The notes under the pieces are model-generated. The model made no database searches and was not told where the DNA came from. It was given only the letters and a program-made list of their open reading frames with translations. This document shows positions 29,315 to 40,114 of a stretch of DNA of 64,000 nt, piece after piece. Source of the DNA: Myxococcota bacterium (GTDB taxonomy: Bacteria > Myxococcota_A > UBA9160 > PR03). The DNA is taken from the NCBI GenBank assembly GCA_041611735.1, contig JBFIML010000020.1, forward strand, positions 1-64,000. Reading direction: 5' to 3'. A program made the translations under genes and the position numbers. Numbering within the stretch: position 1 is the stretch's first letter; every line of letters begins with the position of its first letter.

Positions 29315-30475
29315 TTGGCCGACCATCACTTCATCGAGCGCCAGGCCGAGCTCAAGGCGCTGGCGAAGGACCTGCTTCGCGAGCCGGTCGTCGCCATCGA
29401 CACCGAGGCGGACAGCTTCTACCACTACTTCGACAAGACCTGCCTCGTGCAGGTAGCCACGCAAGCCGGCATCTACCTGATCGATCCGCTGGCACTCGGC
29501 GGACCCGCCGCCCTGGCGCCGCTCGGCCCGCTGCTGGCCTCACGCAAGGTCCGCAAGATCTTTCACGCCGCGGAGTACGACCTCTACGTGCTCAAGCGCG
29601 ACTGCGGCTTCCGCTTCGCGGGACTGTTCGACACGATGGTCAGCGCCCAGCTGCTCGGCTACCCCTCGGTGGGCCTGGCCGCGCTGATCGAACGGCACTT
29701 CCAGGTGAACCTTCCCAAGGACGAGCAGCGCTCCGACTGGTCCCAGCGGCCGCTACGCGACAGTCAGCTCGCGTATGCGGCGGCGGACGTGGACCACCTG
29801 ATCGAGCTGGCCGAGCGGCTGGAGGAGGAGCTCCGGGAGCGGGGCCGCCTGGAGTGGGCCCAGGAGGAGTTCCAGACCCTGACGCGCCGGGAGTGGCCGG
29901 CCCGGGAGTTCGACGCACTGGGCTACCTGCGCGTCAAAGGCGCCCGGGCCCTGGATCCCCACGCCCTCGGCGCACTGCGGGAGCTCTACCTGATGCGTGA
30001 TGCGCGCGCCCGGGAGGTGGACCGGCCGCCCTTCAAGGTGCTCGGCAATCGGACGCTGCTGGAGATCGCCCAGGAGCGGCCGCGCAGTCTGAAGGCTCTG
30101 GGGCGCATCAAGGGCGTCTCGGACCTGATTCTGCGGCGGCTGGGCCGGGAGGTTTTGGAAGCCGTGGAGCGCGGGATCCAATCCCCCCATGGGCCGCTGC
30201 CGAGGGGCAACGGGGGCGGGAGACGCCGGATGGACCGACGCACCGAGCGGCGCATGACCCGCATCAAGCGCTGGCGCTCCGAGCGTGCCCGCGAGCTCGG
30301 CATGGACCCGGGCGTCCTGTGTCCCAACACCGCGCTCGAGGCCGTGGCCTGGCGCCGCCCGGGCAGCCCCGCCGAGCTGGCCGAGATCCCCGAGTTGAAG
30401 GGCTGGTTCGTGCGCGCCTTTGGCAAGGAGCTCGTGGGGGCGCTCGGAGACAGCGAGGCCGGCGCGGAGGATTGA
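29315..30475 (+). CDS. rnd: Ribonuclease D
   Basis: AIDTEADS, LVQVA, FHAAEYD, FDTM, SDWSQRPL, YAAADV, HRDC regions; TTG start inferred. Confidence 0.9.
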   Translation: MADHHFIERQAELKALAKDLLREPVVAIDTEADSFYHYFDKTCLVQVATQAGIYLIDPLALGGPAALAPLGPLLASRKVRKIFHAAEYDLYVLKRDCGFRFAGLFDTMVSAQLLGYPSVGLAALIERHFQVNLPKDEQRSDWSQRPLRDSQLAYAAADVDHLIELAERLEEELRERGRLEWAQEEFQTLTRREWPAREFDALGYLRVKGARALDPHALGALRELYLMRDARAREVDRPPFKVLGNRTLLEIAQERPRSLKALGRIKGVSDLILRRLGREVLEAVERGIQSPHGPLPRGNGGGRRRMDRRTERRMTRIKRWRSERARELGMDPGVLCPNTALEAVAWRRPGSPAELAEIPELKGWFVRAFGKELVGALGDSEAGAED

Positions 30476-30487
30476 CAAGGCCTCGGA

Positions 30488-30676
30488 ACGCAAGGGCCCC
30501 CCGCCCTTGGGGACGGGGGGCCGCGTCGGTCTGGCACTCCTCGAGGCCGCCGGTTCTTGGCGGGGTGCCGTTTTGGGGGAAAGCGCCTTGCTTTCGTACC
30601 CGACGCCCCCGAGGATCCGACCCGTCGAACGCGCGCGCCCGCTTGCGTCCGCCGGGGCGTCCAGCCCGGCTTTCTA
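30488..30676 (-). ncRNA. Candidate sigma54-dependent small RNA
   Basis: Lies between a sigma54 motif and a terminator-like hairpin, has two further stem-loops and no ATG; ends are estimates. Confidence 0.45.
30495..30522. terminator. GC-rich hairpin downstream of rnd (possibly also terminates a minus-strand RNA)
   Basis: ggccccccg 30495-30503 / cggggggcc 30514-30522; short T-rich tail only on the minus strand. Confidence 0.6.
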
Positions 30677-30686
30677 CCGGGGGTAC

Positions 30687-30702
30687 AGCAGCTTTCGTGC
30701 CA
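30687..30702 (-). promoter_or_regulatory. sigma54 (-24/-12) promoter motif
   Basis: Minus strand TGGCACGAAAGCTGCT, exact GG-N10-GC spacing. Confidence 0.65.
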
Positions 30703-30891
30703 GAAGCAGCCAGAATCCAGAAGCGACTGATCTTGAATGGCTTTCTTCGCTTCCGCCGGCTGGCGGGATGGGCGCGCCTGCCGCCCGAAGCTGCAGGAAG
30801 AGCGGGGAGCGCCAGCCCCCGGCGACGCGCCCCGTTCAGCAAGTGTTCGATCTACCATTGGTTTCTCTTGCCCTGGGGCAGATGCCTGGGA

Positions 30892-32034
30892 ATGTTGCAG
30901 GGCCTCCGCGGTTTGCGAGTCCCGATCGGCCTGCTCGGGGTGCTGGTGGCCGGGTGCCGGCTGCCGCTGTCGGCGTTCCCCGGAGCGCCTCCGGTCGAGG
31001 CGGCTCGCCAGGTGGCCATCCTCGTGGCGCCTGCTCCGAGCTCCCAGGAGCGCTACTGCGCCTGGTATGGCACGCCTGCCGCCGGAATCCTCTACTTCGG
31101 GATGTCCGCCTTCTGGGCGGCCACCCGTTCCTCGGGCGATCCCACTGCCGACCCGGACCTCCCCGGCCCGCAGCTCCTGGGTCGCTTCCACCTGGCCGAG
31201 GAGCGCTTCCTTGAGCCGCTGCCGACCGGGGCGCCCGAGGCCCGGTCGGGCACCTGGGACGTCCTCGCCCACCCGAACGGGCGCGTCTACTTCACGACCT
31301 TCTTCGAGGCCGCAGGGTGGGTGGATCCGGTCACCGGAGCCGCGCGCCGCTTCGACGAAGCAGGCCTCGGCCTGAACGAGCTCGCCCTGGGCCCGCAGGG
31401 GCAGCTGCTCGTCAGCCGCTATGGGGCTCCGGGCTCCGTCCTCGTGCTGGACGAGGAGGGACGGGTCCTGGCCGAGCACCTGCTCCCGGGCGGCCCCGAC
31501 CACGACGCCGCGGCCAAGAGCGTGGCCTGGGACCCGGTGCGCGAGGAGATCTGGGTGAACACCGACCTGCTACCCCGCCATGGGGGTCCGATCGGGCACG
31601 ACGCCCGCGTGCTGGACGTCTCGAGCGGGCGTGAGCTGCGCCGCGTCGCCCGGCCCGAGGTCCAGTTCGTGGCCTTCGCCGCCGACGGGGCCGGCTATCT
31701 GGCGGAGCGCGACGGCCGGCGACTCTCCCTGCGCGTGCGGCGGGCCGGCCTCGCGGATCCGCCCGAGCGCGGCGGACGCCAGCTGCTCCTGGACGACGCG
31801 TTCCCGGCCTCCTCCGACTTCGTGCAGGACGTGGTGCCGCTCGACGACGGCGGAGCCCTCGTCACCCGCTGGAGCGGAAGATTGCACCGCATCGACCCCC
31901 TGGGCCGGGTCCGCAGCGTGACCCTGCCGCGATTCGACGGGCAGGGTCTCTTCTACACCGCCGTGCTCGCCGACGGCCGCGTGTGCGCGACGCTCTGCGA
32001 TCGGGTGGAGGTGGTCTGCGCGACGGCCCCGTGA
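30892..32034 (+). CDS. Hypothetical lipoprotein, probable beta-propeller
   Basis: Lipobox LVAGC; repeated beta-strand/turn motifs (PNGRVYF, PQGQLLV, DGRV). Confidence 0.65.
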   Translation: MLQGLRGLRVPIGLLGVLVAGCRLPLSAFPGAPPVEAARQVAILVAPAPSSQERYCAWYGTPAAGILYFGMSAFWAATRSSGDPTADPDLPGPQLLGRFHLAEERFLEPLPTGAPEARSGTWDVLAHPNGRVYFTTFFEAAGWVDPVTGAARRFDEAGLGLNELALGPQGQLLVSRYGAPGSVLVLDEEGRVLAEHLLPGGPDHDAAAKSVAWDPVREEIWVNTDLLPRHGGPIGHDARVLDVSSGRELRRVARPEVQFVAFAADGAGYLAERDGRRLSLRVRRAGLADPPERGGRQLLLDDAFPASSDFVQDVVPLDDGGALVTRWSGRLHRIDPLGRVRSVTLPRFDGQGLFYTAVLADGRVCATLCDRVEVVCATAP

Positions 32035-32072
32035 CTCCCGGCTGCACCGGCCCGGTGGTGTATGTTTCCCGC

Positions 32073-33365
32073 GTGTACGCGGAGCGACGCCGGCGGGTTC
32101 TCGAGGGCATGGGTCCGGACGCGGTCGCGCTCTTCCTGGGCGCTCGTCCGGTGACGCGCTCCGCCGACACCCACTTCCCCTTTCGCCAGGACAGCGATTT
32201 CCACTACCTGACGGGGTTCGACCATCCGAACGCGGCGGCGCTGCTGCGCAGCGATGGCGGTCCTTCGTTCACGCTCTTCGTGGAGCCCCGCGATCGGGAC
32301 GCCGAGACCTGGACGGGCTATCGACCGGGCGTGGAGGGCGCGCGCAGCGACTTCGGGGCCGACGAGGCGCACCCCATCGCGGAGCTCGGAGAAGTGATGC
32401 TCGGCCTCCTCGACCGCGCCCGCCGGCTGTACCACGTGCTGGGCCGCGATCCGGCCCTGGACGCGAAGCTGTGCCAGCGCATGGAGAGCATGCGCCTGCG
32501 CTCTCGCGCCGGGGCCGCGCCGCCGGACTCGATCCTCGATCCACGCGCCATCGTGCACGAGTTGCGGCTGCGCAAGGACCCGGAGGAGCTCGACATCATG
32601 CGCCAGGCGGCCGCCATCACCGCCGACGCCCACCGGGAGGCGGCACGCCTGGCCCGGGAAGGCATCTACGAGTACGAGATTGCCGCGCGGCTCGACTACA
32701 CGTTCCGCCGGCGCGGCGCCAGCGGGCCGGCGTACGAGTCGATCGTGGCCGCCGGCGCCAACGCGACCGTGCTCCACTACGTGGCCAACGACCAGCCGCT
32801 GCACGATGGGGATCTCCTGCTGGTGGACGCCGCCTGCGAGCTCGGCGGCTACGCCTCGGACGTGACCCGCACCTACCCGGTGGGCGGCCGCCTGGCCGGC
32901 CCGGGCCGGGATCTCTACCAGGTGGTGCTGGCGGCCCAGCAGGACGCCCTGGAAGCAGCGCGGCCCGGCGCCACGCTCCAGGACGTCCACCAGGCCGCGG
33001 TGCGCCGGCTCGTGGAGGGGCTGGTGGCGCTCGGCCTCATGACGGGGCGCGTGGACGAGCTGATCGAGAAAGCCGAGCACCGTCGCTTCTACATGCACCA
33101 CACCAGCCACTGGCTCGGGCTCGACGTGCACGACGCGGGCGCCTACGTGGTGGATGGAAAGCCGCGCCGCCTCGAGCCGGGCATGGTCTTCACGGTCGAG
33201 CCCGGAGTGTACGTGGCCCGGGACGACGAGAGGGTGGACGCCCGCTTCCGGGGCATCGGGATCCGCATCGAGGACGACGTGCTGGTCACCGAGGACGGGC
33301 ACGAGATCCTGACCGAGGAGGTCCCCAAGGAGCCCGAGGAGCTGGAGGCCCTGGTGCGCGGCTAG
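32073..33365 (+). CDS. pepP: Xaa-Pro aminopeptidase
   Basis: [46 protein letters not shown]. Confidence 0.93.
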   Translation: MYAERRRRVLEGMGPDAVALFLGARPVTRSADTHFPFRQDSDFHYLTGFDHPNAAALLRSDGGPSFTLFVEPRDRDAETWTGYRPGVEGARSDFGADEAHPIAELGEVMLGLLDRARRLYHVLGRDPALDAKLCQRMESMRLRSRAGAAPPDSILDPRAIVHELRLRKDPEELDIMRQAAAITADAHREAARLAREGIYEYEIAARLDYTFRRRGASGPAYESIVAAGANATVLHYVANDQPLHDGDLLLVDAACELGGYASDVTRTYPVGGRLAGPGRDLYQVVLAAQQDALEAARPGATLQDVHQAAVRRLVEGLVALGLMTGRVDELIEKAEHRRFYMHHTSHWLGLDVHDAGAYVVDGKPRRLEPGMVFTVEPGVYVARDDERVDARFRGIGIRIEDDVLVTEDGHEILTEEVPKEPEELEALVRG

Positions 33366-33430
33366 CCGCTTCAGACCAGGCGCTCGAGCGCCTCCAACCG
33401 ATCCCGAACCGCGAAAGGAGCCCGCCCCAC

Positions 33431-35386
33431 ATGGCCGACATCGAGTCCCTGCTCAAGGAGAAGCGCGTCTTCAAGCCGGCCGCCGTCTTCGCGCGTCAGG
33501 CGAACTGGAGCAAGAAGGCGGTGGACGAGTACCGCAAGCTCGGCCAGCGCAGGCCCGACCGCTTCTGGGCCCGCATGGCGCGCGAGCACGTGACGTGGTT
33601 CTCGCCGTGGAAGAAGGTCCTCGAGTGGAAGCCGCCGTTCTCGAAGTGGTTCGTGGGCGGCAAGCTCAACGTGTCCTACAACTGCCTGGACCGGCACCTG
33701 GAGGGCCCCCACGCCTGGCGGCGCAACAAGGCGGCGATCGTCTGGGAGGGCGAGCCGGGCGACGAGCGGGTCCTCACCTACGGCGATCTGCACCGGGAGG
33801 TGTGCAAGTTCGCCAACGTGCTGAAGGGCCTCGGCGTCGGGAAGGGCGACCGGGTCGCCCTGTACATGCCCATGGTGCCCGAACTCCCGATCGCGCTGCT
33901 GGCCTGCGCCCGGATCGGAGCTCCTCACAGCGTGGTGTTCGGAGGCTTCTCCGCCGAGTCCCTGCGCGACCGCCTGAACGACGCCGGCGCCAAGGTGCTG
34001 ATCACCGCCGATGGCGGATTCCGCCGCGGCAAGACCGTCCGGCTCAAGCAGGCCGCGGACGAGGCCGTGAAGGGCGCGGGCGGGGTCGAGCACGTGGTGG
34101 TGGTCCGGCGCACGGGGGAGCCGGTCTCCATGCAGGAGGGCCGCGACCACTGGTGGCACGAGCTCATGGAGGGGGCCAGCGCCAAGTGCCCGCCGGCGAA
34201 GCTGGACGCCGAGCACCCGCTGTTCATCCTCTACACGAGCGGAACCACCGGCAAGCCGAAGGGCATTCTGCACACGACGGGCGGCTACCTCGTCCACGTC
34301 GCCACCACCGCCCGGGCAATCTTCGACCTCAAGGAGGAGGACGTCTACTGGTGCACCGCCGACATCGGCTGGGTCACCGGCCACTCCTACATCGTGTACG
34401 GCATCCTGGCCAACGGGACGACGACCGTCATGTACGAGGGGGCGCCGAATCATCCGGGCCTCGACCGTTTCTGGGAGATCGTGGAGAAGTACCGGGTGAC
34501 GGTCTTCTACACCGCGCCCACGGCGATCCGGACCTTCATGCGCTGGGGCGACGAACACCCGAAGAAGCACGATCTCTCCTCGCTGCGCCTGCTGGGCACC
34601 GTGGGGGAGCCCATCAATCCGGAGGCGTGGATGTGGTACCACCGCGTGATCGGCGGCAAGCGCTGCCCGATCGTGGACACCTGGTGGCAGACCGAGACCG
34701 GCGGGATCCTGATCACTCCGCTCCCCGGCGCGGTGCCCACCAAGCCCGGGTCCGCCACGCTGGCCTTTCCTGGCATCGATGCCGAGGTGCTCGACGAGGC
34801 CGGGCGTCCGGTGAAGCCGCCCCACGGCGGCTTCCTGGTGCTGCGTCAGCCCTGGCCGGGCATGCTGCGCGGCATCTGGGGCGACCCGAAGCGCTACAAG
34901 GAGCAGTACTGGAGCAAGTACGAGGACGTCTACTTCACCGGCGATGGCGCCCACCGCGACAAGGACGGCTACTTCTGGGTGATGGGGCGCGTGGACGACG
35001 TGATGAACATCTCCGGCCACCGGATCGGAACCATGGAAGTGGAGAGCGCACTGGTCTCCCACGCAAAGGTGGCGGAGGCCGCGGTGGTGGGCCGCCCGGA
35101 CGAGATCACCGGCACCGCCATCGTCGCCTTCGTGACGCCGCGAAGCAGCGCGAAGGCGGACGGAACGCTGCGCGACGAGCTGCTCAAGCACGTGGCCCGG
35201 GAGATCGGCGCGATCGCGCGCCCGGCGGACATCCGTTTCACGGAAGCGCTGCCGAAGACCCGCTCGGGCAAGATCATGCGTCGCCTGCTGCGCGACATCG
35301 CCACCGGCAAGGAAACGGTGGGCGACACCAGCACGCTCGAGGACTACAGCGTGCTCGCCAAGCTGCGCGAGTCCCAGGAGGCGTAG
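33431..35386 (+). CDS. acs: Acetyl-CoA synthetase
   Basis: [40 protein letters not shown]. Confidence 0.97.
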   Translation: MADIESLLKEKRVFKPAAVFARQANWSKKAVDEYRKLGQRRPDRFWARMAREHVTWFSPWKKVLEWKPPFSKWFVGGKLNVSYNCLDRHLEGPHAWRRNKAAIVWEGEPGDERVLTYGDLHREVCKFANVLKGLGVGKGDRVALYMPMVPELPIALLACARIGAPHSVVFGGFSAESLRDRLNDAGAKVLITADGGFRRGKTVRLKQAADEAVKGAGGVEHVVVVRRTGEPVSMQEGRDHWWHELMEGASAKCPPAKLDAEHPLFILYTSGTTGKPKGILHTTGGYLVHVATTARAIFDLKEEDVYWCTADIGWVTGHSYIVYGILANGTTTVMYEGAPNHPGLDRFWEIVEKYRVTVFYTAPTAIRTFMRWGDEHPKKHDLSSLRLLGTVGEPINPEAWMWYHRVIGGKRCPIVDTWWQTETGGILITPLPGAVPTKPGSATLAFPGIDAEVLDEAGRPVKPPHGGFLVLRQPWPGMLRGIWGDPKRYKEQYWSKYEDVYFTGDGAHRDKDGYFWVMGRVDDVMNISGHRIGTMEVESALVSHAKVAEAAVVGRPDEITGTAIVAFVTPRSSAKADGTLRDELLKHVAREIGAIARPADIRFTEALPKTRSGKIMRRLLRDIATGKETVGDTSTLEDYSVLAKLRESQEA

Positions 35387-35389
35387 TCC

Positions 35390-36001
35390 CTAGCCGGGCG
35401 CGTCCGCGTAGCGCGGGTTGCTGGAGCGGCGCCCGCGGAACCAGTTGCCGCGGGCGTCCCGGGTCAGGACCAGGGCCTCGCCCAGCACGGGGCGGTCGCG
35501 CTCCAGCTTCTCGCCGAGCAACTCCTCCACCACGACCCGGATCACCCCCTTGTGGACCACGAGCAGGGCGGAGCGGGCGGGGGACGCGAGCAGCCGCTGC
35601 AGCCCGCGCTGGACCCGCGCGCGGAACTCGGCGCGCGGCTCGCCACCCGGGAACTCGAAGCCCTCCGCGCCGCTCTGCCATTCCTGGAAGCGCACTGGGT
35701 CCGAGGCTTCGATCTCCCTGGAGCTGCGGCCCTCCCAGCGCCCGAAGTGGATCTCCCGGAAGTCGATCTCGAGCCGCACGGGCGCATTCCCGGCCACGAG
35801 CCGGGCCGAGCGCCAGGAGCGGCGCAGGGGGCTCGCCACCACCAGGTCGATCACCTCGCCTCCCAGGCGCTGCGCGGCCTGCCGCATCTGCACGTGCCCG
35901 ACCGGGGAGAGATCCACGTCCCCGCTCCCGATCAGCCGCTCGCTGGAGTTCCCGTCGGTCTCTCCGTGGCGGATCAGGACCAGGCGGCGCAGAGCGGACA
36001 T
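35390..36001 (-). CDS. Histidine phosphatase (phosphoglycerate mutase family)
   Basis: LIRHGET, SPLRRS, EIHFGRWEG, PGGE, VVHKG. Confidence 0.9.
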   Translation of the reverse strand: MSALRRLVLIRHGETDGNSSERLIGSGDVDLSPVGHVQMRQAAQRLGGEVIDLVVASPLRRSWRSARLVAGNAPVRLEIDFREIHFGRWEGRSSREIEASDPVRFQEWQSGAEGFEFPGGEPRAEFRARVQRGLQRLLASPARSALLVVHKGVIRVVVEELLGEKLERDRPVLGEALVLTRDARGNWFRGRRSSNPRYADAPG

Positions 36002-36059
36002 GGAAGCCTCCCGTTCGGGAACACGAGCGGGCTGAAGATCGGCGACGGCCGCCGCCGCG

Positions 36060-36311
36060 TCAATCCGGTTGCGGCGGCTCCCCGCCGGCCTCGCGACGCC
36101 GCGCGCGCAGGGCCCGCAGGCCCGTCCACGCGGCCCCGCAGAGCAGCACGACGGCCCCGATCCGGTTGAACTGGATGGACTCGATCTCGGGATTGAGCCA
36201 GCCGTCGTAGGCGAACCACAGCCCCAGACCGAGCAGCAGGACCGGCAGGAAGAAAGGATTGTCGAAAGGGGTCGCGCGCTCCTCCGGATCCGACCCCTCG
36301 GGCTCCGCCAT
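36060..36311 (-). CDS. Small two-TM membrane protein
   Basis: PFDNPFFLPVLL...WFAYDGW; coding-like codon usage. Confidence 0.6.
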   Translation of the reverse strand: MAEPEGSDPEERATPFDNPFFLPVLLLGLGLWFAYDGWLNPEIESIQFNRIGAVVLLCGAAWTGLRALRARRREAGGEPPQPD

Positions 36312-36391
36312 GGCCCGAGCATCGGCGAGGCCGCGCCGGACGTCAACGCACGGGGTGGTAGACTCGGCTCCCGGACGCAGGGGGGGAGCGG

Positions 36392-37750
36392 ATGACGGCA
36401 AGGGCCGGGATCTTCGGGCTGGCGGCGCTGGTCGTGGCGGGTGGGATCGCCCTCGCCATCTTCCGCTGCGAGGGTACCCCTCCCTCCGTCGAGGTGCCCG
36501 CCGAGGTGGTGTTGGGGCGTGAGACCCGGGAAGTGGCGATCCGGGTGGAGGACCAGGGCTCGGGCGTTCGCCGCATCGACGTCACCCTCGTCCACGCCGG
36601 CGGAGAGGCACCCCTGCCGGGCTTCCGCGAGCCTCGCTTCGACACGCCTTTCTCCTTCTCCCAGCCACCCCGCCACACCTTCTCGGTGCAGATCGATCCC
36701 AAGGCGCTGGGCCTGCGCGAGGGCACAGCACGGCTGCGCGTCGCCGCCCGCGACGGCTCCTGGCGGAGTCGCCTGCGCGGCAACGAGGCCGTGCAGGAGG
36801 TACCCGTCGTCGTGGACCTCACACCACCGCGGGTCGCGCTGGAGAGCGGACTCACCTACGTGCGGCAAGGCGGGGCGGGAGCCCTGGTCTACGGGCTCTC
36901 GGAGGCCGTCGAACGCGATGGCGTGGCGGTGGGCAACAGCTTCTTCCCGGGCTACGCCCTCGGCCCGGGGTCCGCCGGCTCGCGGCGCGTCGCGCTCTTC
37001 GTGCTGCCCGCGGACGCGCCGGACTCGCTGGCCGTGGAGGCGGTCGCCATCGATCGCGCCGGCAACCGCGGCGCGGCCCGGGCGGCGGTGCGGGTGCAGG
37101 CGCGACCCCCCAATCCCGAGGTCCCGATCCGCCTCTCGACGCGCTTCCTCCAGGAGAAGGTGGTCCCGCTGGCAGACCGCGAGGGCCTGGAGGCGAGCGA
37201 TCCGGTGGCCGCCTTCCAGGCCGTGAACACCGAGCTGCGAGCCCGCAACGAGGCCCGCGTCCGCGAGCTGATCGCCGAGTCGGCCCCGCGGCCGCTGTTC
37301 CGGGGTGCCTTCGAGCAGCTCCACAACTCCAAGGTGACGAGCCTGTTCGCCGAGCGGCGCGCCTACCTCGTCGAGGGACGGCGGGTCTCCGAGGCCGTGC
37401 ACTACGGCTTCGACCTGGCCTCCACCGCCCACGTCCCGATCACGGCGTCCCATGGCGGCCGCGTGGTCTTCGCGGACTGGCTCGGCATCTACGGGAACTG
37501 CGTGCTGATCGATCACGGGCTCGGGATCGCCTCCCTCTACGGCCACCTCTCGAGCATCGAGGTCTCGGCGGGCCAGGACGTGGAGCAGGGACAGGTGCTG
37601 GGGCGCTCCGGCGAGACGGGCCTGGCCGGCGGCGACCACCTGCACTTCGCGATCCTGGTGGGAGGCGTCTACGCCGATCCGATCGAGTGGTGGGACGAGA
37701 AATGGGTGCGCGAGCGCATCGCACCACGGCTGGACGCATCCTCGCCGTGA
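36392..37750 (+). CDS. M23 family metallopeptidase
   Basis: HYGFD, YGHL, GDHLHF; N-terminal TM anchor. Confidence 0.92.
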   Translation: MTARAGIFGLAALVVAGGIALAIFRCEGTPPSVEVPAEVVLGRETREVAIRVEDQGSGVRRIDVTLVHAGGEAPLPGFREPRFDTPFSFSQPPRHTFSVQIDPKALGLREGTARLRVAARDGSWRSRLRGNEAVQEVPVVVDLTPPRVALESGLTYVRQGGAGALVYGLSEAVERDGVAVGNSFFPGYALGPGSAGSRRVALFVLPADAPDSLAVEAVAIDRAGNRGAARAAVRVQARPPNPEVPIRLSTRFLQEKVVPLADREGLEASDPVAAFQAVNTELRARNEARVRELIAESAPRPLFRGAFEQLHNSKVTSLFAERRAYLVEGRRVSEAVHYGFDLASTAHVPITASHGGRVVFADWLGIYGNCVLIDHGLGIASLYGHLSSIEVSAGQDVEQGQVLGRSGETGLAGGDHLHFAILVGGVYADPIEWWDEKWVRERIAPRLDASSP

Positions 37751-38454
37751 GGGTTTCGGTACGGGCGGTGGTCGCCGGGCGGCTCTTGCGTCGCTACCAG
37801 CGCTTCCTGGCCGACGTCGAGACCACTGCGGGAGACACGCTGACCGTCCATTGCCCCAACCCCGGCAGCATGCTCGGCTGTGCGGAGCCCGGGGCGGCGG
37901 TCCGCTGCTCCCGCAGCGACACCCCGGGCCGTCGCCTGCGCCACACCCTCGAGATGGTACGGGTGGGGCGTACCTGGGTGGGCGTACATACCCTCCGGGC
38001 CAACGACCTGGCCGCCCGCGCCCTGGAAGCCCGGGCCATCCCCGCCCTGGCCGGCTACCGGGAGCTGGCCCGCGAGGTGCGCGTCGGCCCGGGTGCGCGC
38101 CTGGACTTCCGCCTGGCCGGGCGACGCGGCGACCCGCGGCCACTCTGGGTCGAGGTGAAGAGCGTGACCCTGGCGGCGGGAGGCGTGGCCCGTTTCCCGG
38201 ACAGCGTGACCGAGCGAGGCCGTCGCCATGCCGAGACCCTGGGGCGCCTGCGCCGGCGGGGAGACCGGGCGGCGTTGCTCTTCGTGGTGCAGCGGGGGGA
38301 TTGCGGACGCGTGGAGCCCGCCGACGACATCGACCCGGCCTACGGCGCGGCCCTGCGCGCGGCCCAGGCCGCGGGCGTCGAGGTGCTGGCGGTTCGCGCG
38401 CGCGTCACGCCGTCCGCCCTGGTCCTGGAGGGCGCGTTGCCGGTGGCCCTGTGA
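37747..38454 (+). CDS. sfsA: DNA/RNA nuclease SfsA
   Basis: RYQRFLADV, HCPNPGSM, VEVKSVTL, FPDSVTERG. Confidence 0.93.
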   Translation: MRVSVRAVVAGRLLRRYQRFLADVETTAGDTLTVHCPNPGSMLGCAEPGAAVRCSRSDTPGRRLRHTLEMVRVGRTWVGVHTLRANDLAARALEARAIPALAGYRELAREVRVGPGARLDFRLAGRRGDPRPLWVEVKSVTLAAGGVARFPDSVTERGRRHAETLGRLRRRGDRAALLFVVQRGDCGRVEPADDIDPAYGAALRAAQAAGVEVLAVRARVTPSALVLEGALPVAL

Positions 38455-39551
38455 AGCAGCGCGCTGTGTCGGCACTGCGGCGTCCGCTGCTCGCCTGGTA
38501 CCGCGACCACCGACGCGACCTGCCCTGGCGCGGCACCCGCGACCCGTACGCCATCTGGGTAGCGGAGACCATGCTCCAGCAGACCCGGGTCGAGACCGTG
38601 ATCCCCTACTACCAGCGCTTCCTGGCCCGCTTTCCCCATGTGGAGGCCCTCGCCCGGGCCGACCGCGACGACGTGCTCGGCGCCTGGGCGGGGCTCGGCT
38701 ACTACTCGCGCGCGCGCAACCTGCAGGCGGCGGCCCGCCAGGTGGTGCAGCAGTGCGGGGGGCGCCTGCCGGACCAGGTCCCGGCGCTGCGCGCCCTTCC
38801 CGGAGTGGGGCGCTACACCGCGGGCGCCGTGGCGTCCATCGCCTTCGACCGGCCCGAGCCGATCGTGGATGGCAACGTCGCAAGGGTCCTGGCCCGCTGG
38901 CTCGGGCTCCGGAAACCGCTGACGGCCGCAGCGCAGCGCGCGCGCCTCTGGCGCGAGGCGGAGGCCTTCGCCCGCGGCCCCCGGCCGGGCGACGCGAACC
39001 AGGCCTTGATGGAGCTCGGGGCGCGCGTGTGCACGCCGCGGGCGCCGCGCTGCGACGCGTGTCCGGTGGCGCGGGGCTGTGTCGCCCGCGCCTCCGGCGC
39101 TCCGGAGGCGTTTCCGGTGCGCGTGCCGAGACCCGCGCCCGCGCAGGTGCGTGGCGTTGCGGCCCTCGTGCTGCGCCGGGGTCGCGCCCTGGCCGTGCGG
39201 CGTCCGCAGGGTGGTCTGCTCGGCGGTCTCTGGGAGCTTCCGGGCGCCGAGCTTCCGGGGCGCCAGAAGCCGGCTGGCGCGATCCCGCGCGTGCTCGCCG
39301 AGCGCGTCGGGTTGCGCGTGAGCCGCGTGGAGCCGGCGGGCACGCTGGACTGGGCGTTCACGCACCGCCGGCTGCGCCTGCACGTGTTTCGCTGCGCGGG
39401 CCACCCGGGCCGAGTCCGCCTGGACGGCTTCGAGGAGCACCGCTGGGTGTCCCCGGGCGGCTTCGCCGCCCTCCCCCTCGGTATGCTGACGCGGCGGGCC
39501 CTGGCCCTGGCCCAGCCGGCCGGTGGCCCGCGCTGGGAGGCCCGACCCTGA
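38451..39551 (+). CDS. mutY: A/G-specific adenine glycosylase
   Basis: RDLPWR, MLQQT, GLGYYSRARN, LPGVGRYTA, VDGNV, C-x6-C-x2-C-x5-C. Confidence 0.95.
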   Translation: MKQRAVSALRRPLLAWYRDHRRDLPWRGTRDPYAIWVAETMLQQTRVETVIPYYQRFLARFPHVEALARADRDDVLGAWAGLGYYSRARNLQAAARQVVQQCGGRLPDQVPALRALPGVGRYTAGAVASIAFDRPEPIVDGNVARVLARWLGLRKPLTAAAQRARLWREAEAFARGPRPGDANQALMELGARVCTPRAPRCDACPVARGCVARASGAPEAFPVRVPRPAPAQVRGVAALVLRRGRALAVRRPQGGLLGGLWELPGAELPGRQKPAGAIPRVLAERVGLRVSRVEPAGTLDWAFTHRRLRLHVFRCAGHPGRVRLDGFEEHRWVSPGGFAALPLGMLTRRALALAQPAGGPRWEARP

Positions 39552-40072
39552 CCCCCCGCCCGCCGCGCGACGAGGACGAGAGCCGCTCCCTCCTCGAGGA
39601 GGCCCTCGGTGACGTGCGCCGGCTGCCCGACCGGGACAAGGTCGTGGCGCCTCCGGCCCCCGCGCGCCCGCCGCGACGCCCGCCGCGCCGTGCCGGCGAC
39701 GCACCCGCCCGCTTCGAGATCCGGCACGCGGGCGAGCGCATCGAAGGCATCGCGCCGGGGATCGACCGACGGCACCTGCGGCGGCTGCGCCGGGGCCAGG
39801 TCCGGGCCGAGCGCGTGGTGGATCTCCACGGCCTGCGCGCCGGCGAGGCGGCCGCGGCGGTGAGGACGGCACTGGTGGAGGCGCTCGCCGCCGCCGAGCG
39901 CTGCGTACGCATCGTGCACGGCCGCGGCCTCCACTCGCGGGAAGCTCCGATCCTGAGGCAGCAGCTCGCCGACTGGCTGGCCGAGCCCCCGCACGGGGCG
40001 CGCATCCTGGCCTTCGCGAGCACCCGGGATGGCGGCGCCACCAACGTGCTGCTGCGGCGAGAGCGGGGCTGA
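39548..40072 (+). CDS. Smr/MutS2 domain protein
   Basis: LRRGQ, VDLHGL, IVHGRG, GGATNVLL; start probably CTG. Confidence 0.85.
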   Translation: MTPRPPRDEDESRSLLEEALGDVRRLPDRDKVVAPPAPARPPRRPPRRAGDAPARFEIRHAGERIEGIAPGIDRRHLRRLRRGQVRAERVVDLHGLRAGEAAAAVRTALVEALAAAERCVRIVHGRGLHSREAPILRQQLADWLAEPPHGARILAFASTRDGGATNVLLRRERG

Positions 40073-40114
40073 GCGCGCGCCGCGCGCTATCCTGGCCGCG
40101 GAGAGTCGCACCCC

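Noticed and set aside
30532-30547. Plus-strand TGGCAC as a sigma54 promoter for the lipoprotein gene
   Set aside because: No GC at the -12 position (GG-N10-GG).
30695-30720. GAAGCAGC as part of SRP RNA
   Set aside because: The conserved CAGG...GGAAGGAAGCAGC helix-8 context is absent.
32471-38143. 971-aa Acs and 917-aa phosphatase ORFs
   Set aside because: The extensions are low-complexity Arg/Pro/Gly off-frame sequence; the real starts are 33431 and 36001.
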